A DNA stretch of 57,185 nucleotides from Dehalococcoidia bacterium (GCA_030740155.1 JASLXV010000079.1:1-57185), one strand, 5' to 3'. Numbered from the stretch's first letter, positions 1 through 10,844 are shown. Notes: generated by a model from the sequence alone, not told the origin. Translations and numbers: made by a program.

Positions 1-401
1 TTCTGGAAGTAATGTACCTTCATTCCAGGAGCTCACGCCACTTCCACTCTCTCGGGTTTTCTTACCCCCAATGTGTCCCATTATCGCTGACGGTCTACAC
101 AGAGGAGATCTCTCGTGAGCGTACCGGGTTGAACCAGCAGCTTAGCACTCTCCAGCACCCAGTCGGGTTTAACACCCAACTCGTTGACAGGAACCTTCTC
201 ATGCGGGTTTGTCTGGGCGTGACTCAGTGGTTGGAGAAAGCGGACGAGGCGGATAGACGGGTAGTGTTGGAGGCGCTCCAGGTTTCGGTGGAGGCGACTG
301 CCACGACAGCAACATTGACGGGGATTCTCCCCTTGAAGGCTCCAGAGTTTATCGAGGATGAACAGTCATGCCGATGTTCGTGCATTGGTAGGCTAGTTTG
401 A
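1..401 (+). pseudogene. Possible 3' end or remnant of a large serine recombinase-like gene (truncated by window edge)
   Basis: The segment WLEKADEADRRVVLEALQVSVEAT..LTGILP resembles C-terminal tails of large serine recombinases. The 5' part of the ORF looks non-coding and no catalytic motif is visible. Confidence 0.3.
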
Positions 402-632
402 CCGGATGACGTTGCCGAGCCCCATCGGCCAGGCATCCACGGCCTTGGCGCGATCGTATCGCTTGGGGTCTGAAGCCGATTGGCGTTGGCGCCACGGGCT
501 TGTCCAGCCCACCCGGCACGCTCCCACCCATCCCCAACACCCCACCCCGAAAGTGTGCCTGCGTCCAACGAGGATGGTATAGTAGAAAGCGACGATGGGA
601 AGAGCGGTGCAAGAGACTGAAGGAGGATAGCT

Positions 633-1919
633 ATGGCGAGGGTGGTAATTGCGGGGGCCGGCTGGGCTGGTTGCGCCGCGGCCGTGGCAACGGTGCAGGC
701 CGGGGGCGAGGCGGTCCTTATCGAGAAAGCGGATACCATTCTGGGCACCGGCCAGGTGGGGGGCATTTTCCGGAACAACGGCCGGTTCACCGCCGCCGAG
801 GAGATGATTGCCATGGGCGGGGGCGCCCTGTTCCACCTCATGGACGACTCCAGCCTCCATCAGAACATGGAGTTTCCCGGGCACAAGCACTCCAGCCTCT
901 ACGACGTGGCGGTAATGGAGCCCACCGTCCGGCGCTACTTACTGGACAAAGGTGTCGATCTCTGGACCATGAGCCGGGTTACAAACGTCGTCATGGAAGA
1001 CGGAGGCATCGCGGCGCTGAAGCTGGAAGGCGGCACGGAAATCGAGGGGGATGCCTTCATCGACACCACGGGCACCGCCGGTTCCATCCCAAACTGCCGC
1101 AAGTACGGCCACGGGTGCGCCGAATGCGTCCTGCGTTGTATCACCTTCGGCAACCGGGTCAGCATCACCGCCAAGGCGGGCGTTACCGAGATCGTGGGCC
1201 GGAAGATGGATGGGACCCCCGGCGCCATGAGCGGTTCGTGCAAGCTCCATTCCGGATCGGTGAGCCAGGGTGTCAGAGACGAGATGAAACGCGCCGGAGT
1301 AGCCGTCCTGCCCATTCCCAAGGACATGATCGAAAGGAAGAGGGAGTTGCTGTCCATGAAGGTCTGCCAGCAGTACGCGCTCCCTGAGTTCGCCGAAAAC
1401 GTGGTCCTCTTGGACACGGGCCACGTCAAGCTCATGACCTCTTACTTCCCCATCGACGAGCTTCGGGAGATCAAGGGCCTGGAGAATGCCCGCTTCGAAG
1501 ACCCCTACGCGGGCGGCATCGGCAATTCCGTGCGCTTCATGGCCATCGCTCCCCGGGACGATACCCTCAAGGTGAACGACGTTCCCAACCTGTTCTGCGC
1601 CGGGGAGAAGGCGGGCCTCTTCGTCGGTCACACCGAGGCCATCGCCACGGGGACCCTGGCCGGCCACAACGCCGTTCGCTACTCGCTGGGGAAGGCGCTG
1701 TTGACCATCCCCCGCAGCACCGCGGTCGGCGAGTATAACTCCTACGGACGGGAGCGGATGGAGACGGAAGAGGGCCTGGCTGACAAGTTCACCTTCTCCG
1801 GTTCGGTCTACTTTGACCGGATGAACGAGCTTGGCACCTACACCACCGATGTGGAGGAGATTCAACGCCGGGTGGACCGGGCGGGGATGTCCAACGTCTT
1901 CATGCAGCCCGTGGCGTGA
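633..1919 (+). CDS. FAD-dependent oxidoreductase, GidA/TrmFO-related family
   Basis: N-terminal GAGWAG dinucleotide-binding motif, NLFCAGEKAGLFVGHTEAI (GidA-like), Cys cluster Cx6Cx2Cx3C, AGGAGG RBS. Confidence 0.8.
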   Translation: MARVVIAGAGWAGCAAAVATVQAGGEAVLIEKADTILGTGQVGGIFRNNGRFTAAEEMIAMGGGALFHLMDDSSLHQNMEFPGHKHSSLYDVAVMEPTVRRYLLDKGVDLWTMSRVTNVVMEDGGIAALKLEGGTEIEGDAFIDTTGTAGSIPNCRKYGHGCAECVLRCITFGNRVSITAKAGVTEIVGRKMDGTPGAMSGSCKLHSGSVSQGVRDEMKRAGVAVLPIPKDMIERKRELLSMKVCQQYALPEFAENVVLLDTGHVKLMTSYFPIDELREIKGLENARFEDPYAGGIGNSVRFMAIAPRDDTLKVNDVPNLFCAGEKAGLFVGHTEAIATGTLAGHNAVRYSLGKALLTIPRSTAVGEYNSYGRERMETEEGLADKFTFSGSVYFDRMNELGTYTTDVEEIQRRVDRAGMSNVFMQPVA

Positions 1920-2195
1920 TTGCAGCCTGCTTCGGCTCTCGCCTCGGCGACTACCGGTGTAGATTCTGCCACCCTGCGGCGCTGTGCCTGAGTGGCCGGC
2001 CTGAGTAGTTTGTCACGCCCGCGGTCCGGCCCGGCCCGGAGAATCGCCGCGAGAGCGAAAAGGTGAAAGTTGTGCTGCTTCGTCATCGGTGGGGCAGCAC
2101 ATCTTATCTCTTGGCTTAAGGTGGACTGGCCGGGCTATTGCCGAGCGCGGTTCACCGGGTGATGGGGCCTCCTCGAATCTGTTGTGCCGCCGTTC

Positions 2196-3200
2196 CTATG
2201 CCAGGGACAGCAGCAATTTCGCGGTGACGTCGTCGGTGATCAAGGTGTTGACGAGTTGGTGATCCAGCGCCACCCTGAGGGGGGCGATCCTTTCCCGGCT
2301 GGCGCCAACCACGGCGATCACCTTGGCCCTGCGTTTGACCATCCGGGATAGCCCATCAAGACCCAGCCCGATGGCGTGCCTCGCTGGCTCCTCCACCGTC
2401 CGCCCTTCCCGGTCGAACCACCAGTGGGAGGCGATCTCACCCACCGCGCCCTGGCCCACCAGATTCCTCACCGTATCGCTGCTGACCAAGTCCATGCGGA
2501 CCACGGTGGAGCGCTCCGGGTCGGGCGCCGCCAGGGGGACGATGGCCACCGTCGCCTCTTCGTAAAGCTCCTTGACTCGCCGCACCAGGGGAATGGCCTC
2601 TATTACCTCGCCGAGGGCTCTCTCGACCAATGCCGGAGCGGGCAGCAAGAAGGAGCGCCCGCCAAACTTGGAAGCAAAGGCGGAGGCCAATAGGTTCGCG
2701 TCGAACGGGTTGTGCTCCAGCGCCAGAACCCCGACCATCGGTACCACGGTGACCCCGGGCAGAGACTGAGGCGGCCTAAGTTGCCGGGCAATGTAGTTTG
2801 CCATCCGTCCCCAGGGGACCACCAGGGTGTCCCGGTTGGTGAGATGTTCCTCCAGGTACCGGGCTGCCGCCTGCGCGATGCTGAGGACCAACGCCTCTTT
2901 CGCCGCGGTCTCGTCGGGCATGTCCATGATGTCTTCCCGGCCGGCGGTCAGCACCACGCTCTCCAGATCGAACCGGTAGCGGACATCCTGCTCCAGCTTC
3001 GTGAGTTCGGCGTAGTCCAGAGGGGGCACCACCAGGGTGCGCACCAAGCCGTCTTTCTTCGCCTGGCTCAGCCTCCTTCTGATGGTCGATTGATCGACGT
3101 TCATAGCTGCCGCCAATTCGTCCACCGACTGGCCCAGTTCGAAATGACGAACCGCCAGCTCCACGTTGGATATTCGCCTTCGCGACCGATCGGACACCAT
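2196..3200 (-). CDS. SorC/LsrR/DeoR-type sugar-binding transcriptional regulator
   Basis: N-terminal HTH (ELAAAMNVDQSTIRRRLSQAKKDGLV), sugar-binding domain motifs PWGRM, GAVGEI, LITD. Confidence 0.85.
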   Translation of the reverse strand: MVSDRSRRRISNVELAVRHFELGQSVDELAAAMNVDQSTIRRRLSQAKKDGLVRTLVVPPLDYAELTKLEQDVRYRFDLESVVLTAGREDIMDMPDETAAKEALVLSIAQAAARYLEEHLTNRDTLVVPWGRMANYIARQLRPPQSLPGVTVVPMVGVLALEHNPFDANLLASAFASKFGGRSFLLPAPALVERALGEVIEAIPLVRRVKELYEEATVAIVPLAAPDPERSTVVRMDLVSSDTVRNLVGQGAVGEIASHWWFDREGRTVEEPARHAIGLGLDGLSRMVKRRAKVIAVVGASRERIAPLRVALDHQLVNTLITDDVTAKLLLSLA

Positions 3201-3231
3201 TTTGCGCCCCCTCCAATGCTCCCGCCGGCCG

Positions 3232-3245
3232 GCACACTTTTGTGC
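3232..3245. promoter_or_regulatory. Palindrome GCACA-CTTT-TGTGC, candidate operator for the SorC-type regulator
   Basis: Perfect 5-bp inverted repeat in the divergent intergenic region between the regulator and the CoA transferase. Confidence 0.35.
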
Positions 3246-3409
3246 AAGGCCGCCAGGACATGCAAGATTATAACCCCCTTTGGGTGTTTATTGGTAGTCA
3301 GCCGGGCGCCTCGGCAACCGCATCACTCCTCCACGACGTGTTAGAATTGGAGCCGGAGCCTCCGGGTGTCGTTGCTGGGGGCCAGAGCGCGGCCATTAGG
3401 AGGTCCACG

Positions 3410-4627
3410 ATGGGTAAGGCATTGGATGGGATTCGGGTCATCGATATGACCCACGAACAGGCAGGTCCTTCCTGTACGCAAATGCTGGCCTGGCTGGGCG
3501 CAGATGTTATCAAGGTGGAGATGGCCGATGGCAGAGGGGACCGCTCCCGCTGGCTGCGCCGCGACGACCCCGACAAAGACAGCTATTTCTTCCTCTTGCT
3601 GAACAGCAACAAGAAGAGCGTTACCCTTGACCTCCGGCAGCAGAAAGGCAAGGAGGTGTTCAAGACTCTGATTAACTCCGCCGATATTGTGGTGGAGAAC
3701 CGTGGGCCCGGAGCCATGGAACGGCTGGGATTGGGCTACGAAGACCTCAGCAAGATCAACCCTCGCCTGATCTACGGGTCGGTGAAGGGGTACGGCTCAT
3801 ACGGCCCGTACGCAGATTACAAGTGCTTCGAGCACGTGGCCCAGGCGACCAGCGGCGCCATGAGCGTTACTGGCTGGGATGACCGGCCGCCTTCGGTCTC
3901 GGGTCCCGGCGTGGGTGATTCGGGCACGGGCATGCACATCGTCATCGGCCTTCTGGCGGCTCTGGTCCAGCGCAACGTGACCGGCAAGGGACAGGTGGTG
4001 GAGGTTGCCATGCAGGAGGCGGTGCTCAACCTGACTAGGGTCCGCTTTACCGGGACGTTGAAGGACGGGCAGCCGGAGCCGCGCCTGGAGTTCCCGGGCC
4101 GCGGCCACCCAATGGGGTTGGGCGGTCTCTTCCCGTGCGCTCCCGGTGGCCCCAACGACTACGTGTACATGATAATTCCCGCCGAAAACAACGTCATGTT
4201 CAGCGCGGCGGTGGGGGTGATGGACCGGCAAGACTTGCTGGAGGACCCGAGGTTCGCCGGCCCGTCCGACCGGCTGGATCACTCCGTGGACCTGTTCGGC
4301 ATTATCAAAGCTTGGACCGAAGTCCGGGAGAAGCGCGTAGTCATGGAGGCCTTCGGCGAGGCGGGCGTTCCCTGCGGCGCGGTGTTCGATACCGCCGAGG
4401 TGCTTAAACAGCCCCACCTGATCGAGCGCGGGGTGGTTACCGAACTCGTGCACCCGGTCCGCGGAAAGTACACCGCGATAGGCTCCCCGGTGAGGCTATC
4501 AGATTCTCAGGTGGAGTTGAGCCGTTCTCCTCTGTACGGGGAGCACTCCGACGAAGTGTTCACGACCCTCGGCGGGATGACCCAGGAAGAGGTGGACGAA
4601 CTGCGCCGCCAAAAGGTGATCGTTTAG
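3410..4627 (+). CDS. Class III CoA transferase (CaiB/BaiF; formyl-CoA transferase-like)
   Basis: ALDGIRVIDMTHEQAGPSCTQMLAWLGADVIKVE, NSNKKS, GDSGTG. AGGAGG RBS precedes ATG 3410. Confidence 0.9.
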   Translation: MGKALDGIRVIDMTHEQAGPSCTQMLAWLGADVIKVEMADGRGDRSRWLRRDDPDKDSYFFLLLNSNKKSVTLDLRQQKGKEVFKTLINSADIVVENRGPGAMERLGLGYEDLSKINPRLIYGSVKGYGSYGPYADYKCFEHVAQATSGAMSVTGWDDRPPSVSGPGVGDSGTGMHIVIGLLAALVQRNVTGKGQVVEVAMQEAVLNLTRVRFTGTLKDGQPEPRLEFPGRGHPMGLGGLFPCAPGGPNDYVYMIIPAENNVMFSAAVGVMDRQDLLEDPRFAGPSDRLDHSVDLFGIIKAWTEVREKRVVMEAFGEAGVPCGAVFDTAEVLKQPHLIERGVVTELVHPVRGKYTAIGSPVRLSDSQVELSRSPLYGEHSDEVFTTLGGMTQEEVDELRRQKVIV

Positions 4628-4720
4628 GCGAGCCAACCTCGGCGCAGGCCGCGCCCTTTAGCCGGAATCATTCATGCTGGCCGCCACCGGCACGACGGCC
4701 GACGAAAATAGACGCCGCTA

Positions 4721-4820
4721 CGTCATCCCGAGTCCTTCGCGGGAAGGACGAGGGATCTGGGGAGGTGGAGGAGAATCCCCATCCCAGATGCCTCGCCGCT
4801 ACGGCTGGCTCGGCATGACA
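4721..4820. repeat. REP-like palindromic element (GTCAT...ATGAC ends)
   Basis: cgtcatcccgag...gggatctggg / cccagatgcctcg...ctcggcatgaca imperfect inverted repeat downstream of a gene. Confidence 0.55.
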
Positions 4821-5161
4821 TTTTCGAAGCAATGACAACGCTCTCACCTCCGCCCCAAGGCCCAGATACAAGAATGACAACCATCAGCATCAAGCTGACT
4901 GATTTCTAGCCTAGACGCGCCGGCCAAGTCATTCCAGTTCCATGACCGGTGGCGCTCCCTCTGCCCCGGCCGGGCAAGAGGTGGCTGCCGGGCAAATTCC
5001 CGCCCTTGTTTGCCTCCCCGCGAGTATCCGACACCGGATTAGGTCTGCCCCAGCGGCGGTGGCCGCTCGCGCTTGAGTGGTGGTAGAATCCAGGCGGCTC
5101 GATAGATCGAATCGTCACGAACGCCCCGGCAGGAGACTGCTCTGATAGGAGTCCCCACCCC

Positions 5162-6502
5162 GTGAAATTGTTCAAGAGCAGGAGGCATTCCACCCCTGCT
5201 GCTGAGGCCGCCCGGACTCAGCAGCAGGGGTTTTTCTATGGTTGGTGGATCGTCATCGCGGGCGGATTGGCGATGTCCATCTCCGCCGGGATCAACTTCC
5301 ACGGCTTTAGCAACTTCATCATCCCCCTCGGTAAAGAGTTCGGTTGGAGCCGGACCATCATCTCCCTGGTCTTCTCCCTCGCTCGCCTGGAAGTGGGGCT
5401 GCTCGGCCCCATCGAGGGCTTCTTCGTTGACCGGTTCGGTCCCCGGCGCCTGATGATGATCGGCCTGCCGATCATGGCGTTGGGGTACGTGCTCATGAGC
5501 AAGATGGGCTGGCTGGCTGGCTTCTTCAACATCGACCCGCTGGTGGCCTTCTTCATCGTGTTCATCCTGTTCATAACCCTGGGCAACGGCATGGGGATGA
5601 GCACCCCGGTAACCACGGCGGTGGCCAACTGGTTCAACAAGAAGCGGGGATTGGCATTCGGTATCCTGTGGTCCGGAGTTGGGCTCGGCGGGTTTTTCGT
5701 GCCGGCTGTGGGCTGGTTGGTGGACCGGTTCGGCTGGAGCGACGCCACCCTGATTATCGGTGTCGCCCTCCTGTTCATTGCTCTCCCTATCGCCTCCGTG
5801 TTCCGGCACCGCCCCGAGGCCTACGGCCTATTGCCTGATGGCGAACCTCCCAGGTCCCGGGAGGGCGAGACCGGCCCTGCTCCTCCGGGGCAGCCCGACC
5901 TTTCTCGAGACTTCAGCGCCCGGGAAGCGCTGCGAACCTCGAGCTTCTGGTTCTTGAGCCTCTCCATAATGGCCCGCTCCCTGGTCAGCGGCGGCGTGGG
6001 CCTGCACCTGGTGCCGTTCTTCGTCGGCCTGGGAGCGTCGCCGGTCAGGGCTGCCTGGCTGGCCGGCATGGTGGGGGTCATGAGCATTCCGGGCCGGTTC
6101 GGGCTGAGCACGCTGGGGGACTACGTAAACCGCCGGTACGTAATGGCGGCATCGCTGGCCACGATGACCGTCGCCATCATTTTTATAGCCAGGGCCAGCA
6201 GCGTCTCCGGGGTCTTACCGGTCCTGCTGTTGTACTCGGCGTCTCAAGGGGGTATCTCGGTGATTCCCCAGGCGATAATCGCCGAGTATTTCGGGCGGAG
6301 GTCATACGCCACCATTCAGGGATTTCGCAGCTTCATTCAAACGGCTGGGATTGTCGTGGGCCCAATCATCTCCGGGTACGTTTTTGATACCACCGGCAGC
6401 TATGAGAAGGCGTTCCTGGGCTTCTCCGGCGCCACCATCGCCTCCATGGTGCTAGTGCTGCTGGCCAAGCCTCCGAAACGAAAGATCGAGCCGGCGCGGT
6501 AG
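5162..6502 (+). CDS. MFS transporter
   Basis: About 12 hydrophobic segments, FFYGWWIV start, GFFVDRFGPR motif A, WFNKKRGLAFG. Confidence 0.9.
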   Translation: MKLFKSRRHSTPAAEAARTQQQGFFYGWWIVIAGGLAMSISAGINFHGFSNFIIPLGKEFGWSRTIISLVFSLARLEVGLLGPIEGFFVDRFGPRRLMMIGLPIMALGYVLMSKMGWLAGFFNIDPLVAFFIVFILFITLGNGMGMSTPVTTAVANWFNKKRGLAFGILWSGVGLGGFFVPAVGWLVDRFGWSDATLIIGVALLFIALPIASVFRHRPEAYGLLPDGEPPRSREGETGPAPPGQPDLSRDFSAREALRTSSFWFLSLSIMARSLVSGGVGLHLVPFFVGLGASPVRAAWLAGMVGVMSIPGRFGLSTLGDYVNRRYVMAASLATMTVAIIFIARASSVSGVLPVLLLYSASQGGISVIPQAIIAEYFGRRSYATIQGFRSFIQTAGIVVGPIISGYVFDTTGSYEKAFLGFSGATIASMVLVLLAKPPKRKIEPAR

Positions 6503-6713
6503 GTCCTGAGAGTCTCCGGTGGGTGCCGGCCCTCGCGGCTGGGCCTTGGCTCATACCCACCGTCGGAGGTGAGGCACCCTGCTCGTTCCTCTTTCGAAAA
6601 CTTTTGACTTGGCTGCAGCAACGATGTAGCATACGAACAGCAGGATTGTGAATACAATCACTGACTTGTCGAGCCCCTACCAACCCCGGCTTTTTTCACG
6701 AGGTGGGACTCAT

Positions 6714-9020
6714 ATGGGAGACGATATTATGGACCCGCAAGACCGGCAACCCCCCAGCTCTCCGCTCTCCGGGCCTCCGGTCAACCCGGCGTTCGCGGAA
6801 GCTCTGGAGGAACTGGTTGCGGTGGCTAGGCGGGGCCATAAACCCGACAGTCCCTTTTTCAACCCATCGAACGATTGGCTCACCGACCGCATGTCGATCT
6901 TTCAGGACCTGTCCCGTGAGAAACAAGAACAAATCTTGGAAGAGGCCCGGCAGATCGCTCAGGAGGCCGAGAAGGCCAATGCTGCCGGCAAGGCCGCCGG
7001 CCGGGCCTGGCCTGAGGTGGTGGTCCGGCTGGATAGTGGCGGCCTGGGCTTTTTCAGCCAGTTGGGTGTCGTGCGCCGGCCTGACCTGACCCAGTATTTC
7101 ATCGACGGCTTCACCAGGAACCGGGATGCCCTGGCATTCAGCGAGCCCAATCAAGCCCTCTTCGCCAAAGTCTTCAGTCACATTGCCAAGAAGATGGAGG
7201 AGCACTTTGCCTCCGGTGAGACCATCGTTCAATCGGACCGGAAGATTTGCGATGTACCCGGCCGGTCCTTCCACGCCCGCCAGCTTTTGTTCGGCACCCG
7301 CTATCTCCAGATCCCCGTCATGTGGCGGCAGTTGACCTTCGATTGCCCCGATGCTGAGCGCGTTCGGACGCCCGACATTCTGGAGGTCTCCCTCCCCGAG
7401 TGGCTGACCAGCCTGGGCCTACCCGAAGACCTCAAAGCACGGATCAAAGAATCCGGCCTGACCCAACTCGTGTTCAAGGCGCCGACCAAAGGCCTGTCCC
7501 TGCACTTGGGGTTCGATTACGTGGGCGAACACAAGATGGGTCCACTGACGATCGCCATGTTCCTGGTAAAACAGGTCAAGGGTCTGGCAGTCCAGGCGGC
7601 GCTCAGCCTGGCGCGAGCCAAGACCCTGGACGGAACCATGAAGAACACCGCCATGGTAACCGTCGGCCCGTCGCTACACGGTAAGAGCACCCTGACCATC
7701 ATGCTCGATCTCGTCAACAGTGAACTCGGCAAGAGCCTCAAGTTGAAAGTAGATCCCGAGGAAGGGGTCTTCCCGATGAACGATGACATCGTGCTCGTGC
7801 AACCACTGCCGGCGCCCATCGAGACGGTGCGCGATGGGAAGCCCGTCCGCATCCCTTACTCGATTGACGGCACCGAGAACAACATGTACGCGATGCCCTT
7901 TGGGCTGAACCAGGAAGAAGACCCGATTACCTACGAGGCTGTCCGAGGGACCAAGGAGGCCCCCAACACCGAAGAGGCACTGGAGAACGTGCCGATCGAC
8001 ATCGACACCGGGGTCCCCAACTTCAGGCTGAACCCGGTCCGCAACATGCGGGTAACCCTCTCCCGCCCCCGCCTCGTCGCCAGGAAAGGGGCCCAGCACG
8101 TAATCGAGAGCGTTACCAGCGGGCAAGATAGCGATACCGTGCACGTGCCAATGGAGCGCACCGACCGGGTTTTCTGGCAGGCGGTAATGCGGCTGAACAC
8201 GATCACCCCGCCGCTCAGGCGCCTAAACGCGAAACAGTTCGTGCGGGTACTGATGTACGGTGAAGCCGTTCAGATGGGGGCTGCGATCGGCACCATTGGC
8301 CGGCCCTACGTGGAGTATTTCTCCGACCCGTTCATCATCGGGTTGGAGGATGAGAACGCCAACTTGATGTACCATATCCTGCAACAGTTTGAGCAGGGCG
8401 GGCTGCCCCAAGAGTACTACGCCTTCAACACCGGTGGCGTCGGCGCGGATACCAACGACGAGGCCAGCGGCGAAGGATACAAGAAGGTCACCAGGGACCT
8501 GACGTTGATGCTCACGGAAGCGCTGCTGCGGGGCGCGGTGAAGTTCGAGCATGACCCCGCGTTGCGATCGGACGTCGCCGTGGCCATTGTTGACGCCCAG
8601 GGAAAGGAAGTCCTGGACCTTCGCAAGGAGTGGCTGCCCGAGACGATCTACGGACGGGAAGAGTACATCAAGCGCATCGCGGAGTTGAGCAGAATACGGT
8701 ACTACGGACGGGACGACCAGGACAAGGCCGGCATCCTCCGGTACACCAAGGTCGTCAACGAGATGTACGATATCGAAGACATCCCCAATCCAGCCAACGA
8801 GCGGGAGCTGAGTTGGCTGCTGTCTTTTTACTGGAACGTGGACCAGGCGTACAGTTCGCTCCCCGACCTGGCGCTGCATCAAGGAGAGGGCCGGCGGCCA
8901 CCGGCCGATACTCTGGAGGCCATTCAGAAGATGTACCAGGCGGGCCGGAACCAGGGCCTTGAAGTGCCCGTTGACAGCCAAGGCGCCTTGGCGGAGCTGG
9001 GGATCCGCGGGAACGGCTAG
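6714..9020 (+). CDS. Divergent phosphoenolpyruvate carboxykinase (ATP)-like protein
   Basis: YVGEHKMG, P-loop GPSLHGKST, NDD metal-binding motif, LENV, NMRV, FNTGG appear in the order of PEPCK motifs YAGEMKK, GLSGTGKTT, GDD, LENV, NTR, VNTGW. Confidence 0.65.
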   Translation: MGDDIMDPQDRQPPSSPLSGPPVNPAFAEALEELVAVARRGHKPDSPFFNPSNDWLTDRMSIFQDLSREKQEQILEEARQIAQEAEKANAAGKAAGRAWPEVVVRLDSGGLGFFSQLGVVRRPDLTQYFIDGFTRNRDALAFSEPNQALFAKVFSHIAKKMEEHFASGETIVQSDRKICDVPGRSFHARQLLFGTRYLQIPVMWRQLTFDCPDAERVRTPDILEVSLPEWLTSLGLPEDLKARIKESGLTQLVFKAPTKGLSLHLGFDYVGEHKMGPLTIAMFLVKQVKGLAVQAALSLARAKTLDGTMKNTAMVTVGPSLHGKSTLTIMLDLVNSELGKSLKLKVDPEEGVFPMNDDIVLVQPLPAPIETVRDGKPVRIPYSIDGTENNMYAMPFGLNQEEDPITYEAVRGTKEAPNTEEALENVPIDIDTGVPNFRLNPVRNMRVTLSRPRLVARKGAQHVIESVTSGQDSDTVHVPMERTDRVFWQAVMRLNTITPPLRRLNAKQFVRVLMYGEAVQMGAAIGTIGRPYVEYFSDPFIIGLEDENANLMYHILQQFEQGGLPQEYYAFNTGGVGADTNDEASGEGYKKVTRDLTLMLTEALLRGAVKFEHDPALRSDVAVAIVDAQGKEVLDLRKEWLPETIYGREEYIKRIAELSRIRYYGRDDQDKAGILRYTKVVNEMYDIEDIPNPANERELSWLLSFYWNVDQAYSSLPDLALHQGEGRRPPADTLEAIQKMYQAGRNQGLEVPVDSQGALAELGIRGNG

Positions 9021-9236
9021 GGAACTATCCCGAGGGACGGTTCGAGGAGCGTAACGCGAACGGCGGAGAAGCGCTCCGGCCATTCTTTCCGAGCTTGTCG
9101 AAGGACTGTCCTTGCCCAAGGGCGGCAGCTTTGGGTTGGTTGCCCGAAGGGCCCGCGAAGTTCGATCTCACGACGTTGCAGCCGGCGGCGAACCCACACC
9201 GGTCCGGCGATGCGGTCACTGGCTGGAGGTGCCACC

Positions 9237-9464
9237 ATGGCGGCAAGCGCGTATATCTTGATTAACACGGAGCCCGCGAGCACCCGGGCGATCCTCGAGC
9301 AGGTGCAGGGGATTCCCGGGGCGGTGGTTCACGAGGTCCTGGGGCCGTACGATCTGGTCGTCGACCTGGAAGCGGACACCCAGGAGGACGTCACCGCGAT
9401 CCTGCGCCACAAGATCCGCCCCATCCACGGCATCACCAACACCGTGACCTGCGTCTGCATTTAG
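9237..9464 (+). CDS. Stand-alone Lrp/AsnC ligand-binding (RAM) domain protein
   Basis: AYILINTEP..VLGPYDLVV..IRPIHGITNTVTCV, GGAGG RBS. Confidence 0.85.
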   Translation: MAASAYILINTEPASTRAILEQVQGIPGAVVHEVLGPYDLVVDLEADTQEDVTAILRHKIRPIHGITNTVTCVCI

Positions 9465-9674
9465 GCCCGGCGGAGAGGGACGCTCCCGTCACCGGCAATT
9501 GGGGTCACCGGACCGGTAAGAAGTCCCGCCACGATGTGACCGGCGCCTCCACCGGCTTGCTGAGTGATAACCGCAAGAATGCGCCGGGAGGGGGCCTCCA
9601 GGGCAGTCCATCCTCATCCGCCACGGCGCCCGGTTGGGGGCGCGGCCCCCATTTCCCTCGTTGGTGGCTTCTCG

Positions 9675-9725
9675 AAAGAAAACAGCCTCCCCAGTTCGAG
9701 GGAGTTCACCTCGAACTGGGGAGGC
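9675..9725 (-). terminator. Intrinsic terminator after the hemerythrin-like pair
   Basis: 17-bp perfect stem gcctccccagttcgagg / cctcgaactggggaggc with a U-rich tail on the minus strand. Confidence 0.7.
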
Positions 9726-9814
9726 CGAGTGGCCAAGTGGCCAAGTGCTATCGGTGAACGCGGGTCAGGCAACCGGGAAAACGATGACCTTGGCCGCGCC
9801 GGGCATTGTTGGTT

Positions 9815-10594
9815 TTATTTTGACCCGAAGAGCTTCGAGAAGAACCCCGGCTTGCGCTCGCTCTCTCCGGAGCCGCCCGAGACTCCTCCGCCGGAGCCGT
9901 TGCTGAAACGGCCCTCGAGTGCGGTTAGCCACTCGCGCTCGGCGGGATCGATCTCATCTTGAACCCATTGGATTATCCAGCGGGGATCATCGGCCCCTTC
10001 TTCGGTCAGGATCTGCTTGACCATGTCAAGCTGTTCCTGCTCGCTCATCCGTTCCTTTACCACGGAGCACACAAACGCTTCTTCATTCTCGAAGTGATCG
10101 TACTCTAGGATTCGAAGCGCCATGATCCGCCGGTACAGGTGCCTCCTGGTCCGGCCGGTAACGGTGCTCTCCCCTAGCGCGGCCTTCAAGGCGGCCTCAA
10201 CCTCTTGTGCCTTATCCGCCAGCTCCTGGTGCTGACCGTCCTCCATAGAGAGCATGGCAGCTTTCACGCTCTCTTCCAATCCGGCTCCATCGCCCTTTTC
10301 GATGAAACCCACCAGGCCTGTGCCCTGAGCCGCCAGCTCGGCGTGCTCGGACTCGTTGTCCCGGGCCGGCTGACAATCGGTCAAGGGGGCGGTCATGACC
10401 TTATCTTCGATGGTGGCGTGATAGAGCAGTTGCTTCATCCAGAACATGAAAGCTTCTTTAAGTGCTCCCAGGTCGCCGCCGCTCTGCGCCTCGGCCGCCA
10501 ACGCCTCCGTCCGCTCCGACTGGGCCCGGAAGGCTTTGTGCATCAGGATCATCATGTCAATGGGGGCCTCAAGTTTGGTAGTCTCCAATGCCAT
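9815..10594 (-). CDS. Hemerythrin/HHE-domain protein
   Basis: MHKAFR, LLYHATIED, EHAEL, DHFENEE (H, HxxxE, H, HxxxE pattern). Confidence 0.75.
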   Translation of the reverse strand: MALETTKLEAPIDMMILMHKAFRAQSERTEALAAEAQSGGDLGALKEAFMFWMKQLLYHATIEDKVMTAPLTDCQPARDNESEHAELAAQGTGLVGFIEKGDGAGLEESVKAAMLSMEDGQHQELADKAQEVEAALKAALGESTVTGRTRRHLYRRIMALRILEYDHFENEEAFVCSVVKERMSEQEQLDMVKQILTEEGADDPRWIIQWVQDEIDPAEREWLTALEGRFSNGSGGGVSGGSGESERKPGFFSKLFGSK

Positions 10595-10844
10595 CGTCAG
10601 ACCTCCTTGCTCTTTTCGTGGAATGTGTGGTCCGCCACACCCGATAGGCGCTGTCCGCCAGAAATCGAGAGCCGGAACGTTCGGTCAGTCTAGCTTTTCC
10701 GAGCCGTTGCCGTCAAGAGGGTGAAGAATCTCCGATTCTGCTCTCCCACTTTCTGCCGGGCCAAAGCCATGGGGCGCGCTCGCCGGGCCGGCCTTTCAGC
10801 GGGTCTGTGTTGGCGGCGCCCGGCTCGGGGAGCCGCGGGTCCCG

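Noticed and set aside
1917..1919. Other TGA stops (GidA-like gene, Liv genes, sortase) as Sec sites
   Set aside because: They lie at expected protein ends or in stop/start overlaps, with no redox motif context.
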